Positions 54,755-64,000 are shown, numbered from the stretch's first letter. The stretch: DNA of 64,000 nucleotides from Thecamonas trahens ATCC 50062 (GCF_000142905.1 NW_013657677.1:372001-436000); one strand, 5' to 3'. The notes: a model not told the origin generated them from the sequence alone. A program made the numbers and translations.

Positions 54755-55802
54755 ATGGCCGCGACTGAGGATATGGTGGTGGCGGTAGGCACCGAGATGG
54801 CGGCTCAGGCCAGCTACCAAGTCGAGGCCGAAGACGCATTCGATCCGATCGACCGGCTTCAAACGGTCGGCGTGTCTGCGACCGACGTGAAAAAGCTTGT
54901 GGCCGGCGGGTATGCAACAGTGCAGAGCGTGCTGATGTCGACGATGCGCGATCTGTGCGAGGTCAAGGGTGTGTCCGAGGCCAAGGCGCTTAAGATTGTG
55001 GAGGGCGCGGCGATGCTGTGCGAAAAGGGGACGGCGTTTGTGAGCGGCAAAGCGGCGCTCGAGGCGCGGGAGCACGTCGTTCGCATCTCGACGGGCTCGA
55101 GTGCGCTCGACACGCTGCTGGGCGGCGGAGTGGAGACCATGTCGATCACCGAGGCGTTTGGCGAGTTCCGGACGGGCAAGACACAGATCGCGCACGCTCT
55201 GCGTCACCTCGCAGCTTCCACTCGAGGCCGGCGGCGGCGGCGGCAAGGTGCTGTACATCGACACCGAAGGCACGTTCCGGCCGGGCCGCATTGTGCAGAT
55301 CGCTGAACGGTACGGCCTCGATTCCAACGACGTGCTGGAGAACATCCTCACCGTCCGGGTCTACACCCACGAGCAGCAGTACAACATGCTTGTCCGCGCG
55401 GCGGCGCTGATGGCCGACGACGGCTGCATTCGCATGCTCATCGTCGACTCGATCACGGCCCTCTTTCGCGTTGACTACACCGGCCGCGGCCAGCTCGCCG
55501 AGCGGCAGCAGAAGCTCAACCAGATGCTGGCACGGCTGACCAAGCTCGCCGACGAGTTCAACATTGCCGTCTTCATCACCAACCAGGTGGTGAGCGATCC
55601 GGGCGGCGGCGCCATGTTTGTCTCGGACCCCAAGAAGCCTGTCGGCGGGCATGTCCTCGCCCACGCCTCCACCACTAGGCTCTCGCTTCGCAAAGGCCGC
55701 GGCAACCAGCGAGTGTGTAAGCTCTTCGACTCGCCGTGCCTTCCCGATGCCGAGGCCGTGTACGAGATCGGGCCAGGCGGCGTCTCCGACCCACTCGACT
55801 GA
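54755..55802 (+). CDS. DMC1: Meiotic recombinase Dmc1 (2-nt frameshift at about 55193-55196)
   Basis: DMC1-type rather than RAD51-type residues: [35 protein letters not shown] and [15 protein letters not shown]. Confidence 0.92.
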
Positions 55803-55935
55803 CGGCAGCGAGGGCGAGGCAACAGCAGCCAGCCGGAAAACAAACCCACCTTACCAGCTCGGCCGAAAAACCTGGACGGATCTCGGGCTGGATCCGCAGC
55901 TCTCAAAGGCTCGCACTCTCATCTCCACCACAAAC

Positions 55936-57122
55936 ATGTACAAGACTCTGTTTGTCGTCCTTGTTGCGCTTGCGCTTGCGGCTTCGGCCTCTGCTGCCCC
56001 CACCGTCGTCTCCGACCTCGGAAACCCCACCACGTGCGAGCTCTGCGTCGGTACGGCCTCGGAAGCGTGCCGATTTCCCACCCATTTTTTGGCATGCGTT
56101 GCCGGGCGACGCCCGCCGCATTCGCCCACCCCCTCCTTTCCCCGTGCCCCCCCGCAATGCTCGCCCGCTCTGTCCCCTCTCCCGCTTGCCCTCCCTACAT
56201 CCTTGCTCACTCACTCCTTCCTGCTACACGTATAGAGTTTCTCTCGCAGGCCGAGAACGAGCTGCTCCAGGTACGTCGAGGGTCCTTCCAAGAAAGTCGG
56301 CAACCGACAGGCTTCACGAGCTTTCAGGCGCCAACCTCCCTTTTACGACCGCTTCCAACTTTTTCCCCCCTTTCCCATGCACAGCCACCTGGCGCAACTC
56401 ACTCTTCCCTCCTTCCCCCCCCCTCCTCTCCCCCCCCCTCTTGCCATCACTCCCACAGGCTATCCTCCAGCTCGGCATTGTCGACTCGTGCGGTGACCTC
56501 TGCGGCCTCCTCCCGTCCCGCCTCGAGGGCACCGTCTGCGACCTCCGTACGTGACGCAGGCGTGACTGCGCTGCACCTGTTGCTCCCCCCCCCCCTTCCA
56601 CCTCGGGCAGACTCACCGCTCCCCTCTCCCCCTCCCCCCCCCCCCCCACCCACCATAGTCTGCGACTACATCGGCGTGACCGAGTTTGTCAAGATCATCC
56701 AGGAGCACTCGCCGGACCCCATCTACGCCTGCCAGCTCCTCAAGCAGTGTTCGATCAACGACAACGCCAAGGCGAACATGATCGACTTTGTTGTCGCGCC
56801 CAAGGTCGGCCAGCAGGGCACGACCTTTACCTTTGGAGCCACGTTCAACGTGACCAACGGCCCGACCGGTGCTGGCGAGCTCGCGCTCGGCGTGCAGCCG
56901 CCGCAGGGCATGCCTTTTGGTGACGGTGCGGTCAACGACGGCATCCCCAACGGTGAGCACACCGTGACGTTCTCGCTCAAGGCCCAGCCCAACGAGCAGG
57001 AGCCGTTCTCGGCCGGCACGTACGAGGTCGAGTTTGCCGTGTGCAACGGCATTTGCGGCGCGACCAAGCCGCACTCGGCTGTCCTCGCCGTCGGCAAGGG
57101 CTCGTTCCGCATTGAGCAGTAA
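55936..57122 (+). CDS. Secreted countin-like saposin-B-domain protein, 4 exons
   Basis: Exons 55936-56050, 56236-56270, 56459-56546 and 56659-57122. Signal peptide followed by CELCVEF..GIVDSCGDLC..VCDLLCDYIGVTEF..PDPIYAC..CSINDNA, matching the Dictyostelium countin pattern. Confidence 0.8.
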
Positions 57123-57227
57123 GTTGACTCGCGGAGGCGGACCAGGCTTTTTGCTCCCTCGACCCGTGGCGGGCGGAAGCTCGTTCTAGCGGGAGTAAAG
57201 GCGTCGATGTTTTGATTGCACGGGCGG

Positions 57228-59324
57228 CTAAAGAGCGTTGAAGCGGGCAGTAGTGATGAGGTCGCCGTAGACGTCAAAGCCGGAGAGGGCAAGAAAGTTG
57301 TGGTTAGACGAGTTGCGGCCCGACTGCAGGATGCGAAGGTAGCGGTAGGCGCGCGGGGCGCCGTCGACGGGCCACGACGCCGAGGCGAACTTGCCGTTGA
57401 GCGCCGTATCGTTGCGATGGCGCTTGAGGTCCTCCCAGCTCACGCCGTCGACCGAGCCCTGGAGCTCCCAGTTGCGGAGCGAGTCGGCCTTGTAGTTGCC
57501 GCCGTGACGAAGGGTGTAGTAGGTAGGCCGAACGCGGCGCTCGTCGCCAAAGTCGATGCAGAACCACGAGGCCGGGACGTTTGCAGTCCAGAACGGGGCC
57601 TGACCGTCGCGGGCAAGGACAAGCAAAGGGGTGCCCTTTTGAATCGACGAGGCCGTGACCTTGACCGACTGGAACTCAGCGCCGGCGACGGGAATGGCCG
57701 GGTTGCGGAACTCGTGGGCGCCACCGCCGGTCCCGATGTAGAACAGGATGCCGTTCTCGTCAAAGTCGTACTGGTACTCAAAGTGCTTTCCGTAGGCATT
57801 GCGCGGCTGGAGACGGGCCGCGCTTGAGACCTGCATCGGGTCCTCGCCGAGCTCGACCCGTCGGAGACGGGCGAGCGCGGCCTCGAGAAGGAGCTCGCGC
57901 GGGACGAGCTTGTTGGTGGCGACTTCCTCGAGCTGGGCCACAGTCATAAAAGTAAAGCGGACAGCCTCAAAGAGGGCGGCGACGCGGTCCGATGCGGCTG
58001 GCGGGTTCGAAGTCGACGACGACGACGAGCCGAGCCGGGGTCGGTCAAACGCGGCGCTAGCTGGGAGGCTCCGCGGCGGGTCATCGGCAAGCATGGCGGC
58101 GCAGTACGCATTGACGGCGGTGTAGACAGCAAACTCGGTCTTGGCGGAGAGCCGCGGGTGGAAGAACAGCTTTGCGGCGAGGTGGAGCGGGAGCGAAGAG
58201 TAGTCGGCCTTGCGCAAGCGGTGGAAGTTGCGGGCAATGGTGTCGATGGCACGCGAGGCGACCGACTCGCAGCCGAGGGAGATGGCGGTGGAGAGGGCGT
58301 CGATGGCGTTGTCGGCCTTGATGGCGCGGCGGACGTAGGTAGTGAGCACGTTGCGGAGCTCGTCGACGCCGTAGGCGTCTGCCAGCGCCATGAGGGCAAT
58401 GTAGTTGTCTGGAGTCACCCGCGCCTTGCCGGTGTACATGAAACTCAGCAGCTGGCCGAGCAGCCGCTGAGGGTCGGGCGCCGAGACGCGGACAACGACG
58501 ACCGAGTCGAGGACGATACCTTCGAGGTCACCACTGTGTGCTGCGGTGACGGCGGCGGCGGAGGCCGGATCGAGGACGGCGACCGGCGACGAGGTTCGGG
58601 TCGGCGGTGTGAGCAGAGCACGCGGTCGCTTCCACAGCGGCGGCATTGCGCCCTTTGGGCTCCGCACATGACCGAGGCTGGCGGGGGTGGCTGAGCTCGA
58701 GCTTGACGCCGATGAAGCCTCACCTGACGACGCCGATGTTGAGTCTGACGAACTCGACGAGGAGCCCGACTCGGATTCCGAGGCCTTGCCCTTGCTCGCG
58801 CGTCGGCCCCGCGAGAGGGTGCGCTGGCGGCGGCGGCGGCGTGCGGTGGCGGCGGCGTGCATGGCGACCATGCCGCGCGATGAGGCCGAGCCCGTTCGTC
58901 GCGGGCCAAAGGCGTGGGCCTCGTCCGGATGGGCGGTGAGGGCGGCGGCAAACTGGTCCGACGCGTTGCACAGGATGAGCTTGTGGGCGCGGAAGACCAC
59001 GTCTGCCGCCGCATCATGGACCACCACGTCAGCGTAGAGGCCCGAGTCGAGGAAGCTGCCAAAGCCCGAGTCAAAGATCGAGCCTTCGCCGCCTCCTCCG
59101 CCTCTTCCCGCCGCACCCTCTGCGCTTGCGGGGCCAATCGACGACGCCGCCGCTGCCACTGCCGCCGCCGCCGCCGCCGCCGCCGCCGCTGCTGCCGCTG
59201 CCGTGACCGACGCCGAGCGCCGCGACGAACGGGCTGCCGCCTCGCCAGCCATGTGCACCCGTGCGGGGCTGGCCGCGTCAGGAGGCTGCCAATCGGTGTC
59301 TGTCTCCGACGAGTCTGTACTCAT
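57228..59324 (-). CDS. BTB/POZ + BACK + F5/8 type C (discoidin-like) domain protein
   Basis: BTB motifs YADVVV..FRAHKLIL and LLSFMYTG; BACK-like helices; C-terminal YDFDENGILFYIG, SWFCIDFG, LRNWELQGS and YRYLRI. Confidence 0.85.
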   Translation of the reverse strand: MSTDSSETDTDWQPPDAASPARVHMAGEAAARSSRRSASVTAAAAAAAAAAAAAAVAAAASSIGPASAEGAAGRGGGGGEGSIFDSGFGSFLDSGLYADVVVHDAAADVVFRAHKLILCNASDQFAAALTAHPDEAHAFGPRRTGSASSRGMVAMHAAATARRRRRQRTLSRGRRASKGKASESESGSSSSSSDSTSASSGEASSASSSSSATPASLGHVRSPKGAMPPLWKRPRALLTPPTRTSSPVAVLDPASAAAVTAAHSGDLEGIVLDSVVVVRVSAPDPQRLLGQLLSFMYTGKARVTPDNYIALMALADAYGVDELRNVLTTYVRRAIKADNAIDALSTAISLGCESVASRAIDTIARNFHRLRKADYSSLPLHLAAKLFFHPRLSAKTEFAVYTAVNAYCAAMLADDPPRSLPASAAFDRPRLGSSSSSTSNPPAASDRVAALFEAVRFTFMTVAQLEEVATNKLVPRELLLEAALARLRRVELGEDPMQVSSAARLQPRNAYGKHFEYQYDFDENGILFYIGTGGGAHEFRNPAIPVAGAEFQSVKVTASSIQKGTPLLVLARDGQAPFWTANVPASWFCIDFGDERRVRPTYYTLRHGGNYKADSLRNWELQGSVDGVSWEDLKRHRNDTALNGKFASASWPVDGAPRAYRYLRILQSGRNSSNHNFLALSGFDVYGDLITTARFNAL

Positions 59325-59413
59325 GGTGTGCGTGTGTGTGTGTGTGTGTGGGGGGGGGGGGGGGATAGGTGGCCAGCAGCCAGCACGACGCCAGGGTGGC
59401 TGGGCAGCCGTCA

Positions 59414-59444
<31 letters not shown>

Positions 59445-59495
59445 ACACACTATTGGAACAAACCCCCCTCGAAAAGAACACCTTTGGTTCTCTTT

Positions 59496-59595
59496 NNNNN
59501 NNNNNNNNNNNNNNNNNNNNNNNNNNNNNNNNNNNNNNNNNNNNNNNNNNNNNNNNNNNNNNNNNNNNNNNNNNNNNNNNNNNNNNNNNNNNNNN
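59496..59595. other. Assembly gap (100 N)
   Basis: Run of 100 N. Confidence 1.
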
Positions 59596-59991
59596 ATATG
59601 AGTTGATGTCAGTGCAAGTCGCTCCGCTCAGCCGAGCGGGGCCACACTTTACGTTTCGAAGACTGACTTGCGCGGTCGCGAGAGCATATGCGCATGGTGA
59701 CTGTCAGTAGCATCTCGACCGAGATGCGCTCCCGTCCGCCCCCCCCCCCCACGCCCCCCCAGCCCCCCCCGCCTCCCGCCCCCCGCCCCCCCCTGCCCAC
59801 TCCCTTTGCCCCACCTTCCGATCTTTCGCGCCATTCTTCTTTTCGCTTCCAATTCCAATGCCGACTCACTTGCTGGCAGTGGCAAAACCCCATTGCCCCA
59901 AACGAGAGCCACACCCGGCGGACAGCCGGCAGACACTGTGCTGCCGCTAGGAGTAATACTCCTCCCCAGTCTGTAGCGTGGAGTGGTGATC

Positions 59992-61188
59992 ATGGCAAGC
60001 GAGTCGAATGCGGAACGAAGGGCCGAGGAGCTGGAGGTTATGGCGGCCATCTATGCTGACGACGGCGTGTTCTATGCAGGGGTGGACGGCGAGGCCGAGC
60101 TTGTTGTCCGCCCCGATGGCTGCGACGACCTGCCGCCGCTACGCCTGCGGGTCTCCTTCCCAGATGCCTACCCATCAGAGGCACCACCGCAGGTAGTGGC
60201 GCTCTCGGCGCCTTGGATTGAGCCGGCAGAAGCGCTGGATGTCCAGGCCGCGCTTGCTGCCGCCGCCGATGAGCTCGCTGGCGAGGTGGTCCTGCACGCC
60301 TGGATCGAGGTCCTCCGTGAGCATGCCGATGAGCTTGTCGACCGTGCGGTGGCGCGCATGCGCCTGCCCGGCACCGTCTCTGACGATCATGCCGAGCATG
60401 GTGGGAAGGGTGTAGCCGGCGGAGAAGATACCCGCGACGCCCGTGCGAGCATGATGGGCGGCGGCCGGAGCTTGGTGGTAGTCTCGGGCAAGCCGGTGTC
60501 GGAGAAGCGTTCCAAGTTTGTGGCACACGGCGCCCGGGTGCGAAGCATGGAAGACGTCAACGCGTTGGTCAACGGCCTACTGTGCGAGGCCAAGATCGCC
60601 AAAGCCACCCACAACATGCTCGCGTACCGGTTTGTGCCGCGCGGCGGCGGCCCGCTCAACGAGGGCCGCGACGACGACGGCGAGGGCGGCGCCGGCGACA
60701 CTATGCTCAACATGCTGCAGACGCTCGGGGCCACCAACGTGGCGGTTGTTGTTACTCGCTGGTACGGCGGCGTGCACCTCGGCTCGCTCCGGTTCAAGAT
60801 CATTGCCGACGTGACCAAGGACCTGGTCACCTCGGCCGGCTGGGTCGAGTCGGACGAGTCCGCGCAAGCGGCGGCCACGGTGACCAAGACCGATGCCGAG
60901 AAGTCGAGCGGTAACAGACTGCGGCCGTCGTGGGAGGTTCATGCACGGATCAAGCACGACCCGCATCTCGACTCGAATTCGTTTACCATCGGCTACGTCG
61001 ATCGCTTCACCGGTGTCCAGGAGGTGCCGTTCGACGAGTTTCAAACCGAGGACGTGTACGCGTATGAGGGCATTCCTCTTCATCGCATCGTCTACTTCAA
61101 GCGCGACGGGGAGCTGGTGTGGGACCGCGAGACGCGGCTGGATCTTCTGTTCAAGGACTCGGGCGATCCGCGCGCGGCGTCGTCGTAA
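59992..61188 (+). CDS. IMPACT: RWD + IMPACT (UPF0029) protein with C-terminal MJ1316/DUF504 domain
   Basis: RWD: EELEVMAAIY..FPDAYPSEAPP. IMPACT: KRSKFVAH, ATHNMLAYR, DDDGEGGAG, VVVTRWYGGVHLG. DUF504: RLRPSWEVHARIKHDP..IGYVDRF..IPLHRI.YFK..G.LVWDR. Confidence 0.88.
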   Translation: MASESNAERRAEELEVMAAIYADDGVFYAGVDGEAELVVRPDGCDDLPPLRLRVSFPDAYPSEAPPQVVALSAPWIEPAEALDVQAALAAAADELAGEVVLHAWIEVLREHADELVDRAVARMRLPGTVSDDHAEHGGKGVAGGEDTRDARASMMGGGRSLVVVSGKPVSEKRSKFVAHGARVRSMEDVNALVNGLLCEAKIAKATHNMLAYRFVPRGGGPLNEGRDDDGEGGAGDTMLNMLQTLGATNVAVVVTRWYGGVHLGSLRFKIIADVTKDLVTSAGWVESDESAQAAATVTKTDAEKSSGNRLRPSWEVHARIKHDPHLDSNSFTIGYVDRFTGVQEVPFDEFQTEDVYAYEGIPLHRIVYFKRDGELVWDRETRLDLLFKDSGDPRAASS

Positions 61189-61210
61189 ACGCGAACACAA
61201 GCAGCGCTGA

Positions 61211-61663
61211 TCACCGTCGCGGCGGCCGCCACGTCGGCCCAGACGCCGACGACCGGCGGCCTCCGCGACCGCCAGGTCCGGCATTGGCAATCCGCCGCGC
61301 CGTCTCGTCGCCATGCTTGCGGCGCTTCCGGGCGCTGCCGCCGCCGGGGGCGCGCGAGCCTGAGCTGGGCGTCGTGGTGTCTGGGCCGGGCCGCTTGCGC
61401 GACGGCGTGATAGGGGACGGTTTGGCAGCTGATGAGGCCAACTTCTTGTTGAAACCACGGTACGAGCGGCGGCCGGGGATGCCGCGGAAAACAGATTCGA
61501 CCTGCTCGCGGTGGATGCCCTGCGCCACGCCATGGGCCTCGCTCCGCCACTGGGCCGAGGCCATCTGCGCCGCCCGCGCCGCCTCCAACTGGCTCCGGGC
61601 CTCGCGCTCCTTTCCACGCTGCATGAACTTCATCTTGAGGAGATTAGATGACGGGGACGACAT
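61211..61663 (-). CDS. MPP6: M-phase phosphoprotein 6-like nuclear exosome cofactor
   Basis: Both conserved MPP6 motifs: SSNLLKMKFMQRG and GRRSYRGFN. Confidence 0.8.
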   Translation of the reverse strand: MSSPSSNLLKMKFMQRGKEREARSQLEAARAAQMASAQWRSEAHGVAQGIHREQVESVFRGIPGRRSYRGFNKKLASSAAKPSPITPSRKRPGPDTTTPSSGSRAPGGGSARKRRKHGDETARRIANAGPGGRGGRRSSASGPTWRPPRR

Positions 61664-61803
61664 GGTTGTGTGTGTGTCTGTGTCTGTGCGTGGGTTGTGT
61701 GTGGGGTGTGTGGGGAGAGGAGGGGGCAGGGGGAGGGGTGTGTGGTGTGAGGTGGTGCCTTGATGGAGAGGATGGCCGAAATGCCAGTCATCCTTCGCCA
61801 TCC

Positions 61804-61873
61804 GACGGCGGGCGGACGGCGGGCGGCGGACGGCGGGCGGCGGACGGCGGTGGGCGGCGGGCGGACGGCGGGC
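61804..61873. repeat. Degenerate GGCGGAC/GGCGGGC tandem repeat in a divergent intergenic region
   Basis: About 9-10 GGCGG-containing units between the MPP6 and LRR gene starts. Confidence 0.8.
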
Positions 61874-61888
61874 ACTCCACTCGGCTGC

Positions 61889-64000
61889 ATGTCGTCGTCG
61901 TCGTCGTCGTCGTCGTCGCTGTCACCTCCGGGCTCGGCGAGAGACGCCGGGGCGGCAGGGAAGGCTGACCATGGGAGAAGAGGTCAAGTAGGAAGCAAGT
62001 CTTCCGTCGCGCGTGGGTCAGGCACCTCCTATGCCGCCCGCCACCGCAAGGTACGTGCTGTCGGCTTTTGGCGCCAGAGAGCAGACCGCGCCGGTCTCCT
62101 CCCTCACACCCCTCCGCCTTCTCCTCCCCCTCCCCATCCCCCCCTCCTCCTTTTGAGGAATACTCACCATTCGCTCCCGTGGAGACATCTGCTTACAGGC
62201 CCAGAGCTTGGCGTCGAAGCGTGTGCCACCGTCGGCTGCACATGGCCGTGGCGCGCGTGGCGGCAGCAGTGGGCGGGCGCGGCTGCCGGCGCAGGCGCGT
62301 GTGATGGCCGATGACGGCGCACCCGAGCTGAGCCTCGGCGAGGCGCTGGCACAGCAGTCGGCCGGCTTTGATGTGGCGACAGGCAAGATCTCTGTGGTGG
62401 GAAAGTTTGTGACTAGCGTTGGCGGGCGGCTGCCCGCGGGCGCAGCACAGGCCGAGACGCTGTTCCTCTCCAGCAACTCGATTGCGACAGCAGCACCGCT
62501 GGCGCGGTTCCAAAACGCACGGGTCATCTCGCTGGCTAACAACCTTGTGTCGTCGTTTGATGATGTGGCTGCGTTGGCTGCGCTGCCCTCACTCAGTGTG
62601 CTCTCGCTCGAGGGCAATCCCATTGTCGAGCTGCCGCTGTACCGGCCTCGGCTTCTGCTCCTCCTCCCGCGACTCCGCATGCTCGACGGCGTCGAGACTT
62701 CTGCTTCCGAGCGCAAGGCCGCCGAGGCTGCTGTGGCGGCGTTCGAGACGACGTGGGACCTGCTGCTTGGTAATGCCGCAAGCGTGGCAAGGCTGGAGGC
62801 GTCACGGGCAAAGGCCGAGATGCATCTTGAGCTGGCAGCGCGCGGTGGTCAGCAGCTGGGCCCCGGATTTGAGACCGACAAGGTGCTTGCGCTCACTGGT
62901 GGCGACGCACGCGAAGGGCTCAGCATCGAGCAGGCCGAGGCGCTGGAGGCCGGAGTCATGGAAGCCGCGCTCGCACTCCGCGACGATCGACCGGGCCTCT
63001 CGTGGGGCGACGCCTTTGACGCTCTTCTCCTGCAGCAGCAAACCCGCATCCGAAGCCTGCTCGCAGAGCTCGACCAGGTTGCTTCCGAGACCAAGGCTGT
63101 TGCAGCAACGGCAAGCACATCGTCGACCTCGCTGGTCGAAGAAGCTGTAGCCGCTGCGGCCGAGGCCGAGGCCGAGTTGCGCCGCGAGCGCGAGCTCGTC
63201 ATCTCCGAATTTGTAGCCACCGCTCGCGCCGCCGAGGTAGACGCTCCTCCGCAAGCGCCTCGACGCAAGCTGCAGACGAGTGGAACGTTGCCGGCTGCCC
63301 CGAGCGAGGGCAAGAAGCGCAAGCTCCGGCGTCCCAAGCCGACCAAGATCACTCGGCACAAGGTACGCGCCCAAGAGCAACTGGTGCCCGCGCGGCGCCC
63401 TTTGCCGATGGCTGCCCCGGAAGTGCTGTCGACGCCGCATGCAAAGCGCGCACCGCGGCCAGCGCCCCACCCTGTGGCACAACCTGTTCCACACCGCCAA
63501 TCCCGCGCCGTCCCACATCTCACCGACGACAGCTGGTTCCGCGGAGGCGCACTGGGCGGCAGCCTGGCGCCACCCTCACCCGTCCCACCGCCTGTCCACC
63601 CCGGCCTTTATACGCAACAGCGACGGGTTGTGCCGCGCAACTCCAAGCCGCGACCCGAGCCGGAGCCACAAGAAGCGGCGCCAGCGGGCCCGCCGCCACA
63701 AGAGCCTTCTGCCGCTGAGGCTGAGGCGCTTGTTGCCGAGGTTGGACTGCTCCGCGATCGGTTGCGGAGCCAGGATAATCAGCTCGCCCAGCTTCAAGAC
63801 GTCCTTGACGACGTGGAGGAGCGATACGCTTCCGAGCTGGCGGACGCCCGGTCCACGATACGCGAGCTCGAGGGACTGGTGGCATCCGGAGACGAGTCGG
63901 CCAAGCGGCATGCCGACGGCGTGGACGAGCTGCTCCGTCTGCTCTCGTCAGCGCAGAGTAAGCGCGTCAGCGATGTACTTCCGGACGCAATCCGGATCCT
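61889..64000 (+). CDS. SDS22/U2A'-type LRR + LRRcap protein with coiled-coil C-terminus (partial, runs off window end)
   Basis: Exon 61889-62050, intron 62051-62198 (GTACGT..ACTCAC..CAG), then LFLSSNSI, ISLANNLV, LSLEGNPI and YRPRLLLLLPRLRMLDG. Confidence 0.75.

Noticed and set aside
54755-55802. RAD51 assignment
   Set aside because: Diagnostic residues (EAFGEF, TLCVT, LFRVD, RQQKL, GGHVLAH) are DMC1-type.

Overview
This is GC-rich, gene-dense, intron-poor eukaryotic nuclear DNA from a flagellated protist. Ciliary CFAP418, MOB1, a countin-like gene and eukaryote-type HMGCS and GMPS are consistent with an amorphean such as the apusomonad Thecamonas; this taxon is inferred, not verified. There are 32 protein-coding genes plus one probable ankyrin-repeat pseudogene. 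Most are arranged head-to-head or tail-to-tail with very short spacers. I modelled 11 spliceosomal introns, and there is one 100-N scaffold gap. Ten frameshifts interrupt otherwise intact genes. Nine can be repaired by adding one base to a homopolymer run and are probably sequencing under-calls; the tenth, in DMC1, is a 2-nt loss. The main highlights are: (1) the meiosis-specific genes HOP1 and DMC1 in a divergent pair 286 bp apart; (2) an RWD-IMPACT protein fused to an MJ1316/DUF504 domain, next to the exosome cofactor MPP6; (3) a 2xCAP-Gly protein fused to a degenerate ADP-ribosylglycohydrolase; (4) an extensin-like (Ser-Pro5-7)n/EGF/TM receptor with a pseudo-RasGAP tail; (5) a carboxylic acid reductase-like A-T-R enzyme; (6) a VPS13-like protein ending in discoidin-like domains; and (7) a near-invariant GTACG donor with an ACTCAC branch motif. 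All family calls come from motif recognition, not database searches. I recognised no rRNA, tRNA, CRISPR array or transposon.
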